From Eremomyces bilateralis CBS 781.70 (lineage: Eukaryota), in assembly GCA_010015585.1 (NCBI GenBank), contig ML975151.1: a DNA stretch of 64,000 nucleotides; one strand, written 5' to 3'. Under the pieces are notes generated by a model that saw only the letters and a program-made list of their open reading frames with translations, ran no database searches and was not told where the DNA came from. Below, in pieces: positions 26,288 to 39,363 of this stretch; position 1 is the first letter of the stretch; each line of letters begins with the position of its first letter. The position numbers were made by a program, and so were the translations under genes.

Positions 26288-29200
26288 ATGGACTCCAACG
26301 GCCGCCGTCACGGCCGGCCTGAAGAGGAACTGTTCTTCAAAAAACCCACCGACGAACCCGACACTCCCACCGTCGGTCCGTTGCGCATCAACAAAGCCAG
26401 CTCTCCAGAAGCCACCAGCAGCGGGAGCGGGAGCGCCGCAGACGTGGTCCCAGGCCATCCAGCGTTCTCCTTCCCCGCCCCTCCCACCGCGTCGAACCCG
26501 CTACCATATCCCGACGATCGACCCCCCCAGGCTGCCGGCGGCCGCTACACCCCCCTCTCCGAGCGCGACCGCACCTCGAAGAACTCGACTCCGGAGAGCG
26601 GCCGACCAAGGGAAGACAGCACGTCTCAAGGGTCTCCCCGCGCGCGATTCAGCGCAAACGATCCGAATCGCCCGACCCTGTCGGGATACGCGCATGCGCC
26701 CACCGGGTTTGACGGGCGGACGACCTCGCCGCAGAGCTCCTCGCTCTCGGAGCGCCGGCAGAACGTCCCCCGGCCGCTCCCCGAATCGCCGGGCCCAGAT
26801 GCGCCGGATAAAGAGGGCCTGTTCCAGCGACCGCCGCAGAGGGGGCCCGCTGCAGTAGCTGCAGCTGCCCCGCAGGATGGGGGGCGGAGACCATCGCAGG
26901 CGGAACTGAACCCGTACCCGGAGTATCATCAGCAGTACTGGCCTCCCCCCAACTCGGGAGGGCCAGACGGGAGTAAGAGCAGTGCCGGGGGGGGAGAACT
27001 GAGGATTCCCAACCCCGCGGGTATTAATCGATTGAGCTCGACGGCGTCGACGTCGACGACGCGAGCGCAGCGAGGGTCTCCGCCGCCGCCGGAGACTCCA
27101 GCGGCGGAGACCATGCCCGGGGGCGGGATTGAAGCGCGATTCGCTGCCGCTGGGGTGGCGGGAACGGGGACGTTGACCAACATGCAAGCGCAGAATCTGG
27201 CGGCGGCGCAACGGGCGCAGCCGTATCAAGGACTGCGGCCGAGGACAGAGAGCGCGGCTGCACAACAGCACCAGCAACAGCCGGCAAGAAGACCGTGGAC
27301 GCCTACTGAGGATCCGGGGAGCCAGCCGCATGGTCCTCCTACTGTCTATCATGGAAATTCCGAAGTGACAACATCGCCACCGCATGGGGCGGCAGGACAG
27401 ATGTCCCCCCCAGGTACTGCTGCCGCTCCGGGACGTCTCCCTGCCGAACATCCGATCGAGCATGATATGTCGCGGCTCAACATCACTGAGGAACCACCGC
27501 CAGCATATTCAACTTTGCAAGGGGCCCCTCAAGGGGGTCCTGGCGGCGTGACGGCTCGGGGATATCCGAACGAAAAGCACCCAGGAGCAGCCGGAGCTGC
27601 TGTGGGTGGCGCTGCGGTCGGCGCTGCGGTCGGCGCTGGCGTCGCAGGAGCCGCTCTGAGCCAACCTACGGCGACGACCGCTCCGATTCCCGCGGCGGGA
27701 GGCACCATGCCTGCAGCGGGACATCAAACGCATCCCGCGTTCGCAAACGATCCACGGCAGCAAACCGGATCTCCTCAAGCAGGACCATCGGGGACCCAGC
27801 AACCGGCGGTGAACACCTCGCCAGCCCCTGGGCAGGCACCGCCAGCGTCGCCACCTCCACTCCCGGAAGGCTGGATCGCGCATCTGGATCCTAACTCGGG
27901 ACAGTATTATTATATCCACCTGACGACCCAGTCGACCCAGTGGGAGTTCCCGAAAGGACCGACACCCTTGAATCTGAACGAGCCGCTGTCTCCAACGGGG
28001 ACGTTTGTCAATCCGCTGGCATCTCCCACGGTGGCTTCGTTCGGAAAACCGCTCGCGTCGCCTGGATTGCCAATCGCCCAGAGTGCAACGTACCACGACG
28101 GCATGGTTGGCGTTGCTGGACTCGCGAGCCCGACCGCCGCAGGGTTTACCGGGCCTCCACCCTCCGCGGGTGTGGATGTCTACAAGGTCCAGCCCACCAA
28201 CGGCGTCTACTTCGGACCCTACCTCCGCTACACGAACATGGACATCGAGCGTGGCCTGTGGCTCGGCTCCATCCTCCTCGTCACCGACGCACCGCAACCC
28301 CCAACCATCCACATCCACCAGAGCACCGACCTCTCCACGAATCCGCGCCAGTTGAAGTCCAACCCTATCTACAGCCACCAGCGCTGGATGTTCTACCGCT
28401 ACGACATCGACCTGAAAATGGAAGACGAAGGCAGCGTCAAGTGGACCTACGCCATCACCTCGCACCTCGGCTGCACGCGGTACGAATTCCTCGTGGCCGG
28501 CCGCTACGAGACCGCCTGGCGCTTCATCGCGCACTCTGGCAACGACTTTGCGCTGAACGTCTCGGCGAACGAGAGGACGCGCCTCGGAGGCGTGGGCTTC
28601 ATGTGGAAGGACATCCTACAGAAGCACATCGAGTGCAACGGGTTCCATGCGCAGCTGGGGCTGGGTGACCAGATCTATGCGGATCGCATGTGGAAGGAGC
28701 TCCCGCTGCTGCGGCAGTGGACGGCGATGAGCGGGAGGGAGAATCGGAAGAACGCGCCGTGGACGGCGAGGCATGAGGAGGATGTAACGCACGCGTACTT
28801 CCATTACTATACGAGCCACTTCGATCAGCCGCATTTGCGGGAGGCGTTTGCGCAGATCCCGCATGTGCTGACATTGGATGATCATGACATGTAAGTTCCC
28901 GTCGATGGAAACGACCAGGCAAGTTGCTCACCCGAAACCAGATTCGACGGCTTCGGCTCTTATCCCGAATACATGCAGTTCTCCAACATGTTCAAAAACA
29001 TCGGCCGCGTCGGCGTCGAGATGTACCTTCTCTTCCAACACCACACCACCCTGGAAATCCTGCGCAACGTTTCCAACGATATGGACCTCTTCACCATCAC
29101 CGGTACCGGCTGGCATTTCCTCAAGTACCTTGGCCCGGCTGTTGTCGTTGTCGGACCAGACACACGCTCGGAACGGAACCCGCACCAAGTCATGGCCGGC

Positions 29201-30195
29201 CCGACGTACCAAGGCCTCTTCCCCAAAGTGGCCCTGCTCCCACCCAGCGTGCAGCACTGCATCTGGATGGTCCCTGTACCGCTCGTGTATCCACGGCTGG
29301 AGAGCATGGAGCATCTCGCGCAGACGGTGGCGACGGGAAAGAAGGTCGCGACTGGGACGTTTAATATGCTTGGAAAGGTGACTAGTAGTGTGGCGGGTGT
29401 CGTGGGTGCGAAGGGGGTGGTCGGCGAGGGGTTCAATAGCGTGAAGAAGGCGGTTGGCAAGAGTGGGCTGATGAGCGGCATTTTGAGTCCATTTGGGGAG
29501 CTGGGCGTTTCGGATGAGTTGAGAGATTCGTGGATGCATGAGAGCAAGGTGGGTTATCCCGCCAATAGCTGGGTTGCATTGTGCTAATCTATGTGGCTTT
29601 AGGACTTGGAGCGGACTTATCTGATTCGGACGCTGCAAGGGATCGCGCACAATAAATCTTTGCGTATGACGTTCTTCTCAGGAGGTAAGCATTCGATCAC
29701 CCCTAACTCCACAGCTTTTATGCTAACCAAACTCCAGACGTCAATTGCTGCGGTGCCGGTCTCGTCCACGACCCGTCCCACCCCCAGGACCACAAAACCA
29801 TGTACCAAATAATCTCCTCAGCCGTCGGCAACGCCCCGCCCAGCCCCTACGTCCTCCGCCTCCTGCACAACAACCGGCCTCTCTACGTCCCCGCGAACGG
29901 CCACCGCTCCACCCACCAGCCGTCTGACACCAAAGAGGACATGATGGAGATCTTCTCCACCGATGTGAACGGCACCGCCCGGGAGATGAAGAAGCTGATG
30001 GCGCGGCGGAACTACGTCGCGTGCGTGGCGTACGATCCCGAGATCGTCGAGAGCCAGTTTGGGCAGGCGACGCCAGGGAAGGGGAGCGGGCGGATGAATT
30101 TGGCGGTGGACTTCTTGGTGCAGAACGAGGGGGTGTACGGGCAGCCGATGAAGTATGGGCCAGTGATTATTCCCAGCTTGGAGTATGGGAGATGA
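26288..30195 (+). CDS. Pro-rich, WW-domain, PhoD-like phosphatase domain protein, 4 exons
   Basis: WW domain LPEGWIAHLDPNSGQYYYIHLTTQSTQWEFP; PhoD-type GDQIYAD and LDDHDIFDGFGSY; introns 28891-28941, 29549-29602 and 29685-29737. Confidence 0.88.
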
Positions 30196-30428
30196 TGAGG
30201 TGATGACCTGGGAATATACATTGAATGCGTAGGATATGGCATTGACTTTCGGCGACTTGCCTTGTTTTCAGCGAGCGGTTGGTGATAAGCGAATTGAAAT
30301 CATTGGAATTACAAGGAGCCAGCTGCACCAGATGCGTCGCATGATAACCAGCTAGATGACCTGTGGTGCCCGTATGAGAGATGTACCGTACTCGCGGTCC
30401 GACAACCCGGTGAGACCGACTTTCTGCA

Positions 30429-32151
30429 CTATATCATCATACACCGTAACGGAGTCCACTTGTCTTCCGGCCGAGCTGACAAGCATTCCATCGTAGCCTT
30501 CGCATAAGCCACGCCCATCCGATGCCCTAACTGCTCCTCCGCCGTCACCTGAAAGATCCCCTGGATCCGCTTCGGAGCCAGCCGCTTCAAGTCCCGATTC
30601 GGTCTCGCTTCAGCCAGGATATCAGCCAACGGCCTCCACAACACGACCTCGAGCAGTACCAAACCCAGCGCGTAAACGTCGTGCGCCTTGCTGAACCAGG
30701 TGGTGGGAGAGCCCTGGCGGGCGGGATGTTGGTAAATGTTCTTGGACCAGACTTCGTCGAAGCCGGTGTATTCCGTTGCATCGGCTTCCAGCCGGGCATA
30801 CTCGAACCCGACCAGGTATGGGGATTCGAAGTCGATCTCCCCTCCCAGGGATTCAAAGAAGACAATGTTGCTGCTTCGGATCGACTTATGTAGCCAGGAT
30901 ACGGCGTGGAGATACCAAACAGTCTTTGCCAGGCGTTCGGCCAGCCTGAACCTCGTTTCTAATGACGGTGCATGCTTGGGTTCAGTGGCTTCAAGAGCAG
31001 ACCGCAAGGAGAAAAAGGAGGCGGAGGATGTATTCTCTGGGAAGTCGAATACAAAAGCGTGGCGCTCTTTTCCATTGACGTAACTTCATTCTATGAGCCC
31101 GCGGAACGGCAGCGTCTTGAGATCTGGATCGGACGAAGCCGCGAGTAGGTTTGCCAACTGGTTCACGGCGGTCATGTTTTTCTCCAGTCCCAGATCCCCA
31201 TACTCTTTATATTCTGCGAGTACATTCTCTGCTCTCCCAGGACCTGCGGTTAGCGTTACTAGAGCCAGTGACTCGTCACCACGCTGCGTGAATGACTGAA
31301 GCCCAAAATCTTTCAGCTCGAACCCCGATATATCCACATTTGGTTGCAAGGTAATCCTCTTTAGAGACATGAACGGCGCCAGACCAAAGGCCTTCCCCGC
31401 AGGTTCCTTTGTCTCCTTGAGCAACGCCTCAGATACAGCGGGTGGGTATCCATTTGCTACATGTATGATCTGATCCATCATACATCCCAGACTAATTTCT
31501 TTCAGCTTACCGTTCCAACATTTGAAGGACACCAAGATGCTCTCGAACTTCCGCCTTGTATGTAAAGCCCATTTTAAACCAGTAGAGGTGTTGGTCCACC
31601 AGCTGGCGCCTCCTTTTTGAGTCCATTCTTCGGTTGTGATCAGGGTGTTGCGTTTGCGGGGAGTCGAGTTCCAAGGGAAACCCAATCAGATAAGGGGCCG
31701 CTTGGTCGTCGTTGAATAAGGCAGAGTGTTTCGGTATCCGCGCCTCTGGTTCGTCAGCTGAAGCTTACTCATCCTCAGTTTTGAGGGCGCTCCCAATGAG
31801 CAAGTCCTTTGCAGCGAGGGCTTGGTAATCACTGAATAGACGGTGGAGCTGCTGAAGATCATATTCGATCAATTCGAGCCAATGCTATTACAGTGAACGT
31901 GAGTTCATGTCGTTGAATGTCATACTGTGGGGCCCCTCACCTTTGTCAAGACTCCCAAACTCCGAGTTGGCCAGGAAACGCTGACCAAAATCCCTCAAAA
32001 ATAACACCTCGTGATGGAAATCGATGCACAGCTTGAGTTTCTCTGGTACGGCATTATTTGCTGGTTCGATGACTTTGTAGATTGTGGGAGACAGAAGGAA
32101 GACTGCTTTGAACACCGTTACGGCCGCGAAGGCCAAGCTGAGGGGTTCCAT
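30429..32151 (-). pseudogene. HeLo-like N-terminal domain + kinase-like domain gene, disrupted
   Basis: Hydrophobic start MEPLSLAFAAVTVFK; intron 31940-31885; HeLo-type LKWALHTRRKFESILVSFKCWNGKL; kinase-like C-lobe RFRLAERLAKTVWYLHAVSWLHKSIRSSNIVFF, PYLVGFEYAR, YQHPARQG, DVYALGLVLLE. In-frame stops TAA (31765-67) and TGA (31086-88), plus a frame change near 31700. Confidence 0.78.
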
Positions 32152-32716
32152 TCTCAAATCGTCCCCGACTGTTGAAGGTCCGGTCATGGACTGTGAAGTC
32201 ACGGCCAGAGAGTCTCATCGGAAATGGACAGAATATCTCATATTCATTGTGTATACATGACTCTGACCATGTGTTCCAGGCGAGTTATAATTGATACTTG
32301 TGCCTTATCACTTCCACCCTTTCTCACCCCCCATTCTCCATCCACCGCCTGTTGGTTGTCATGCAACCCAGGATAGGATTATGGATTGCAGGTCTAGAAG
32401 GGCTTGGTGAGTATAATCTATTGGTTCTTACTTCGATGGATGGCAAAAAGCCACCAATTTACAACTCATCAGTACAACCCAGGGGCTTCAGCATGGGTTG
32501 GCGCTCAGTTGCAGAAATGGTGCAGCTTGAGGCTCAAGGCTGTGCCAGAGGGCCAGAACATCATATCCTTTTATCATTATCGAAAGGTTTATCGTATCAT
32601 AAAGATACGGTGCCTAGCTACTACTTGCTAATTGTCTCGTCGGCGTTTCATCTTGCCATCATCCTGTTTATACATGTCTTGACTGTATTGTTGAGTCTCG
32701 TCTTCAGCCTTTTAAC

Positions 32717-34748
32717 ATGGCTTCCCCTACTCCAACTTTTTTTAAGTGGTATCGTTTGAGCGTGGAAAGTCTCCCTAGAGTTTGCCTTGATGTGATCAAC
32801 GATGGAACGGCTCCTCAGAATGGCAAGCTGCAGATGGCACCAGTCGGCAATTACACCGGCCAGCATTGGCAGTTTATTCCATCTCCTGGAGGGTCCTTTG
32901 CACTACTGACTTTATATACAGGCACTGACATGTTTCTTCGGAACGACAATCGCATTCCTCATCTCGGCCTCGACCACATCGATGATAGATGGCGATTGGA
33001 GCACCTCCCTTCCCTGGGAGCGGAAGAGATTACGCGGTTCAGACTGTACTCGGAAATTGGGGCCCCTTCGAAGCTCTATTTTGGACCAGAGAGTGATCGC
33101 ACCTGGTTCAATGGACAGAGACTCCATCTTCGGTCATCTCAAGCCCGCCATGCTACTGTCTGGATTCTTTCGGAGATAAGACCCATCTGGGAGCCGGAGT
33201 TCCTCATTTCACCATTAATATCCCCAGAGTCAACTGGTGACTGGACAAATGTCCGTACTTCGGAGGGAAGTCGAAAGGATGGGCAGGCCAACATGGTTAC
33301 AGATGATGTAGACCACTTGGTGGTGTTAATACAGCGGCTAACTGCTCGCAAAGCACCTCCTGGCTCGTAAGTTTTACGATTTCCTTATTCCGGATCTTTT
33401 ATTTGACTCTTGAAAGGACATATAAACTTAGTCCATCGGGAAATGCGCTAATATATCTCGATATTCGTAGGTTGGACTGGCAAAGTGCGACGGCGGCATC
33501 AACGTCCTTACCTTCGGATTCTCACCTTCTAGAGTTCTCTTCCTGGTCACGAACGAGCGGTACGGTAAACAATCTTACCCTCAGGACATACCTAGGGTTG
33601 ATGAACCCCTCAACGACAACCATCCTGGATGTCTCCGCGGGCTTTCGCTCCCCAGAGATCTCGAGAAATATTGCCGACTCCAATCCAGCCAGTTCCGGGG
33701 GTTCACCCGCAATTGCCTACAGCGAGAGTACTCCCAGCTACACCAACCTTTACACTCTTGTGTCTCAAAGAAATGACACTTCAGGGCTGATCTACATCTT
33801 TATCATCCGTCCTGGGACTATATTTACGAAACGGGGCATGGTGACCTCCCATCCTCACAAATGGATTTGCCAAATTGAGGGCGACCTCACAAGTTTCAGC
33901 ATCAGCTCTTTCGGGTTACGACGGATTGGCCAGGGCGATAATATACCGCAAAACTATATTTGGAGTGACAAAGGTGTGGATGCTCAATTCAGAAACCGCG
34001 AGAACCTACCTAACCAACATATCGCGTATCTTGGACATGGTCTACGTACCAAGATCTGGTCCTACTTTGGATGTCTGGCGAACGGCCTTATGCATATGCA
34101 CGCGAATGGTATCCGACATCGAGACATAAAACCTCGCAATATCCTTGCCACATTGATGGGCCTTTATATGCCGACTTTGGTAATAATTTCCTTCAGATAG
34201 GTCGAACATTTCGCTAACGGTATCAGGCATTACCAGAGAATTTTCGGACGCGTTGGGAAGCACCACTTCCGGTCCTACGACAAAGACGTATGAATATTGC
34301 GCCCCGGAAGTAGCTGATGGCACAGAACGAGGCCGCAGTGCCGACATCTTTCTCGCTCGGATGCGTATTTCTTGAACTACTGACCGTTGTCACCGGCTTC
34401 TCCACATACCAAGAGTGTAGAACACGCCGAAACAAAGGGCCCGACTCATCATACCATGCGAATATGGAAAACACAGGGAAGTGGATGAATGACATTTACA
34501 ACCAAGGGCTCGAAACTGCCGAAGAACCTGGTGAAAGTGGGATCAGCTAGTTGTCATTGCTGATCCGTTCAATGATGCACCCACAGCGAGAGAAGCGGCC
34601 TTCGGCGTCAATGGTCTGGAAGTTCATTCGAGAGACAAACTTCTTACCTCTTGGGAAAGCGGACAGAGGGCACTTATTAGGACCTTGCTGTCTTCAATAT
34701 CCGGTCATTCGTTTGGAATCGCAAGAGAAGGATGGGGAACAGAGCTAG
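32717..34748 (+). pseudogene. Ricin-B-lectin-like N-terminus + Ser/Thr protein kinase gene, disrupted
   Basis: CLDVINDG...LQMAPVGNYTGQHWQF (QxW lectin-like); intron 33367-33470; FGCLANGLMHMHANGIRHRDIKPRNIL; frameshift near 34150; YADF|G across intron 34180-34226; YCAPEV; SADI then an extra T near 34350 before FSLGCVFLE; in-frame TAG 34548-50; EKRPSA. Confidence 0.78.
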
Positions 34749-37180
34749 AAAACGAATCTAATCAAAATAGCATACATAATTTGGAACAGGAGTACCTATA
34801 CTTTCTTGTCAGGCTCGAGTTGACGCCTCGATAACATGTTTCAGTCCTTCCGTGGCTGGATCAGGTCTTATATTGGCCGTTGCCCGTTGGAGGTTCTTTC
34901 TCACTTAGAAATGCCAAATTTTGGTCAGACACAATCAGATTGTTCGCTCGAGCAGTCTACCGTGTAAGTAAGGCATACTTGTGGTCATATGAAAATATGG
35001 ATTGGAGAGTGGATTTAAAAGGTGGTAACTACTGATGTTGACTGACCGGGCAGATTTTTCTTCCACAATAGAGCCGAAGCATAGCAAGATAGGGCCACGT
35101 ATGAAAATAGAAACGCTTCCAAATCTTACCTGATAATTGATACCCTCTAACCCTTTTATTTGTCAACAAAATGACTAATATCAGCGATCATGACCAACCT
35201 TCCCTTGGTATGTACAAGCCATCAGTGATACTGACGAAGGCCTCACAACATGCTCAATGGCGCTCCTAAGACTTTGACGTCGGGGTTACGTTGCCTCTTG
35301 CCCGAGACAGGTCGTACTTCCGACCCTCTTCCGATTCACAATCAATCAAATATCCGACTCTACGGAGCCGCAAAGCCGCATCCGGTCAGGAGTTCACCCA
35401 GACCAGGCAGCAAATGCATATCATCACTGACGCAACCCCGGAACCGGGGTGGCGAATGGTCGGATTCTGCCTCGCAAGGCTGAGGGCGGTGTTGGTATTC
35501 TGACACATCACCCCGCACGGGATTCGCGTCGTGGGAAAGAACTTAAATTGTCCTCCGCCTGCTCGGTCAATTGATCAGGTCGGTCGGGATGTCCTTCGGG
35601 TTTTAGGCTTCCATATAGACGTGAAACGTGGTGGAACGGGAGGACTGGTCGAGGATATCCGGTTTCAACTTTTGTTTGCAGCTTCGGATTTCGGACACGG
35701 TGTTCTTAGCCTATCATTAGCCATCGTGTTGACTCTATGGTATATTTCTCATTGATTAGCAATTAATGGCTACCACCGGTGAGTTCGACGGAAAGGGATA
35801 GGAATAGACTGCCTCCCGTTGATCGATGGTGTAACGACCGTGATACGGCAGCTTTCACGGTCGGAATGACGGGAAGTATATGGTAACGCCTAGGAAATCG
35901 TCATAGAAGTCAGGATGCCTTTTCGACTGGTTTCTAATGGAGTTCGAGATGAGGGGGTGATGGCAGTTTTCGTCCCGAGCGGCTTCAGACTAGTTATGTC
36001 CGGTCGGTTTGGATCAGGATTTGCCGGAAATTCACATGGCACAACTGCTAATTATTGCGAATTGTAATGCATCAAGTTTACAGGCTGCACGGAACCGTAT
36101 CAGCGAGGGAGCGGGCCGCCAACCGCTCGCATATGAGCCAGATTTGATCCCACCACTGGCAGACCACGACCAGAGGCATGGCGATAGATGACTGGTAGCG
36201 ATGGGATTATGAACCGTGATACAGCGTCTGAAGCGTCCCAGCAGCAGGGTCATGGAGCCGATTTGGCAACCATAAACCTGGGAACATTGGATTCTAGTCG
36301 TTGTTGACCGGAAGGTTGAAAATGCCGGGGTTAGGTGGAATACGAGGATCGAGAGAAGCGTTGGATTGGTGGCAATGCTCGGTGTGCGACGTCTCAAGGT
36401 CATTGTTTGATGATAACCGAAATGCTGGCTTCGGACACTGCTCCTCTCGATCTGGTGGACATCCTTTTGTTGAACGGTAAAAGTTTGATTTCTGTCTCGT
36501 GAAAAATCTGTCGTGACATGTTCCCAGCGTCCCAACAGAAGGAAATTGGGGAAGATGAAGCGGCGAGAATGGAAATATTGAGGACTGGACCGACAAAGCC
36601 CCGCGGATCGTCATGCGTCTTAACTCCTAGTACGGATGGAAATAAATACTTCCCCGGTCATTCGATTGGTTTGCCGCCAGACCATCAATCCAAACACGTT
36701 CTGGTTTCTTGTTGCATAACTTGCATTAGCAATGCCTCCTCATTCGCCCACCACCATCCCTGACCCCCTCTCCTCCACACAATACTCATGCACACCATCA
36801 TTCTTTTATGTCGTCTCACAACATGTGGATGCCTCCGGCCTTCCAGACCGGTCACTTGACGATCCCTCTAAGCCCAAACTGGTGACCAGAGAAACAGTTA
36901 GTAGAGACCGACGGACCGTCCATTGCTGTTCAGCCGTGGCCGGATGGGGGTGCCCGGTAAGATATACTAAGACGATGGACCGCAACGGCTACGGCATTTC
37001 CAACATGGCATTCCCATGTGGTCGATCTTCACATATCTAAAAGACTAGTCCTTGAATCGAAGTTCTGTAGTTCCTCCCAGTTTCTTCCACATCTCTCCAC
37101 TCCAGAGTTTTGGCTTCATATCATGTCGTTTTAATAATTTTCTTTTTCTTCGTACGATCTTTTACCACCCTCTCTTCGTA

Positions 37181-39363
37181 ATGGAGAACCGCGAATCCAT
37201 CCTGCAGATGGTGCGGTGGGGCACCCGTTTGTCCCTCGCCTTGTTCTCCGTGAGCGGTGCCTCCGGCGATCTCAACCGCCTCGCGAAGAAAGTCAATAAG
37301 TTTTCCCTCGTTCTGCGTCAGGTTGGGTCACGATTTCAGGAAGAGAGCATTTCGTCTCCCCAATCTGCGAGAGCCGTCACCCACATCCTACACCAAGCAC
37401 AAGGGGTGTTCGGCGAGATCGAGACAATAGTGCCCCAAGCGGCGGAATATGTCAGGGATACGAGCACGTCGTGGACATCAGTGAAGGTGGGGACAACATG
37501 GCAGTGGGACGAGGCGGCCGAGGACAAAGCGCATTATCTGCTGGAACATCTCGAGGCGTTGGCGTTGACACTTCAAGTGATGCTGCAGACGTTCTATACA
37601 GTCAAGATTACAGTGTGGGCAAGGTAAGCTTAGGGACGTCAAAATATAGAATTAATGCTAAATCGGTGCGGTACAGACAACAGACTACTCAAAACGCACG
37701 AGACGCTGTATCTACAGAACGACTACAGCTTCAGAGCTTGATCATCGAACAGCAGCTCTGCATATTGAATACACACCAACTCCACCTCGACTATCGTTTA
37801 GATAATGTTCCCTCTCGTTCCCAGGTGTTGACGGTACTCGAGGAACGGCAACCATGCCCCCAACATCTCGTCTCTTACCAGGAGGAATCCTTGGTCGCCA
37901 TCGACGTAGATAATACGGAATCCCAGCGGTTAGAAGTTGTTCGCAAGGTGGCAGGTTCGTACATCGACGAACTTCTGAGACGATGGACAAGACTAGAAGA
38001 AATTGAGCAGGACATCCGTCAAGAGGAGTTTCAGACTCGAGCACAACAAGAGCGTGAGATGCAAACCGTATCGAGGAGAGCTTCGCAGCAACCAAGCGTT
38101 GAGGAAGATGATGAGGAGCACAACCTCAAGCATCCGGTCCCCAAAAACTGTGCCCCTGGCCCTCTCCTGACACCTATGAGCGAGACTCACTACGCGAAGG
38201 CTGGTACGACTCCAATCTCCATACCCGGATCCAAGGATCGTGTTGACAATGGCATCCCATCAGGCTTCAACCAGTTCACAAGGCCCAACTTCTTCCCCCC
38301 GTCCCCGGCTCAATCTGCTCATTCGGGATGTATACCAACATCCCCCCGCCCCAGCATCGCCGAGTCTGTGCGATCGGCTCCGATCATTGAAGAGTCGGAA
38401 GGCATGGGAATTCCATGGACGCTGAAGATCCACAAGCACCGCTGGGACTACAACGACAACATCATAGTCGACTCGAACTCACAGCTGCAGCCGTCCCAGT
38501 CCCCGGCTGATAAATCGGGAATCACGGAAATCCACCAGAGTTGGGTCCGTCCCGAAGCGATGGAAGAGGTCGACTATGAGTTCGTTAAGGTCACCAAGGA
38601 AATCATCGAAAATGGGCGTACCAAATTCGAACCGTGTTTTCAAATCCAAAAGCGCCTATCCTTCGATGAAGTCGAGAACTTGGTCACCCGGAGTGCAGAG
38701 ATCTTCAGCAAAACTCACCCGTCCACTCCGCCATCCCCAGATCTCCCTCCAACCCGGACCGATCCTCCGCCCCTTGACCGCGCTATGTCTCTGCCTATTT
38801 CCGCCCTTGTACACTCCGTCCCAACGCTCCAACAGTCCCAGCATATCTATCCACTCCCTTCTCCCTCCGACTCTCGCACCCAGTACGACCCCCGCCGCCC
38901 TCGCCGCCTAAGCACCAACACCATGCCACCCCCGACCCTACAACCACCACCCCCAACCATCCCCCACCAACGCTACGCCCCCTTCTCCCCCCATTCCCCT
39001 CAATTCCCCCTTCCCCCTCCCCACCACCTCCGCTCCAGCGACTCCGACCTCTCCGACTCCGACCACTCCCGCCACCTCCACGAGCGCTCCTACCGCGAAC
39101 ACCGCCAGCGCAGTCGCGCGCGCCGCGACTCCGGGACCTCGCGCTCGGGCACAGCGTTGGTCTACAGTGAGCCGGGGGCGGGGAACCGGAAGGCGCGGGG
39201 AGAGGGCGGGCGGAGGAGCGGTAGCGTGAGTGGTGGGGGGAAGAAGGGGGGGAATGGGCTTGGGTTGGGTGTGGCGAATCGGGGGATGTTTAAGGGGTTG
39301 ATGGCGGGGTCGGGTGTTGCTGCGTTGGTGGATGGGTTGGCGGAGGGGTTGGGGGGGCTTTGA
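37181..39363 (+). CDS. Hypothetical fungal protein (helical N-terminus, Pro-rich C-terminus), 2 exons
   Basis: ATG 37181; intron 37624-37676 (GTAAGC..GCTAA..CAG) joins two long ORFs in frame. Confidence 0.75.

Noticed and set aside
26501..28534. Long antisense ORFs (320 and 341 aa) and similar shadow ORFs over other GC-rich genes
   Set aside because: They overlap well-supported genes, have low complexity and show no motifs, as expected from codon bias.
29702..29714. Second branch point plus acceptor (CTAAC..CAG) in WW-PhoD intron 3
   Set aside because: It would give a 30-nt intron and a frameshift, so it is probably non-functional.
34750..37180. 2.4 kb gene-free stretch as an ncRNA or transposon
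   Set aside because: No terminal repeats, tRNA boxes or known RNA motifs recognised by eye. An Rfam or repeat scan would be needed.
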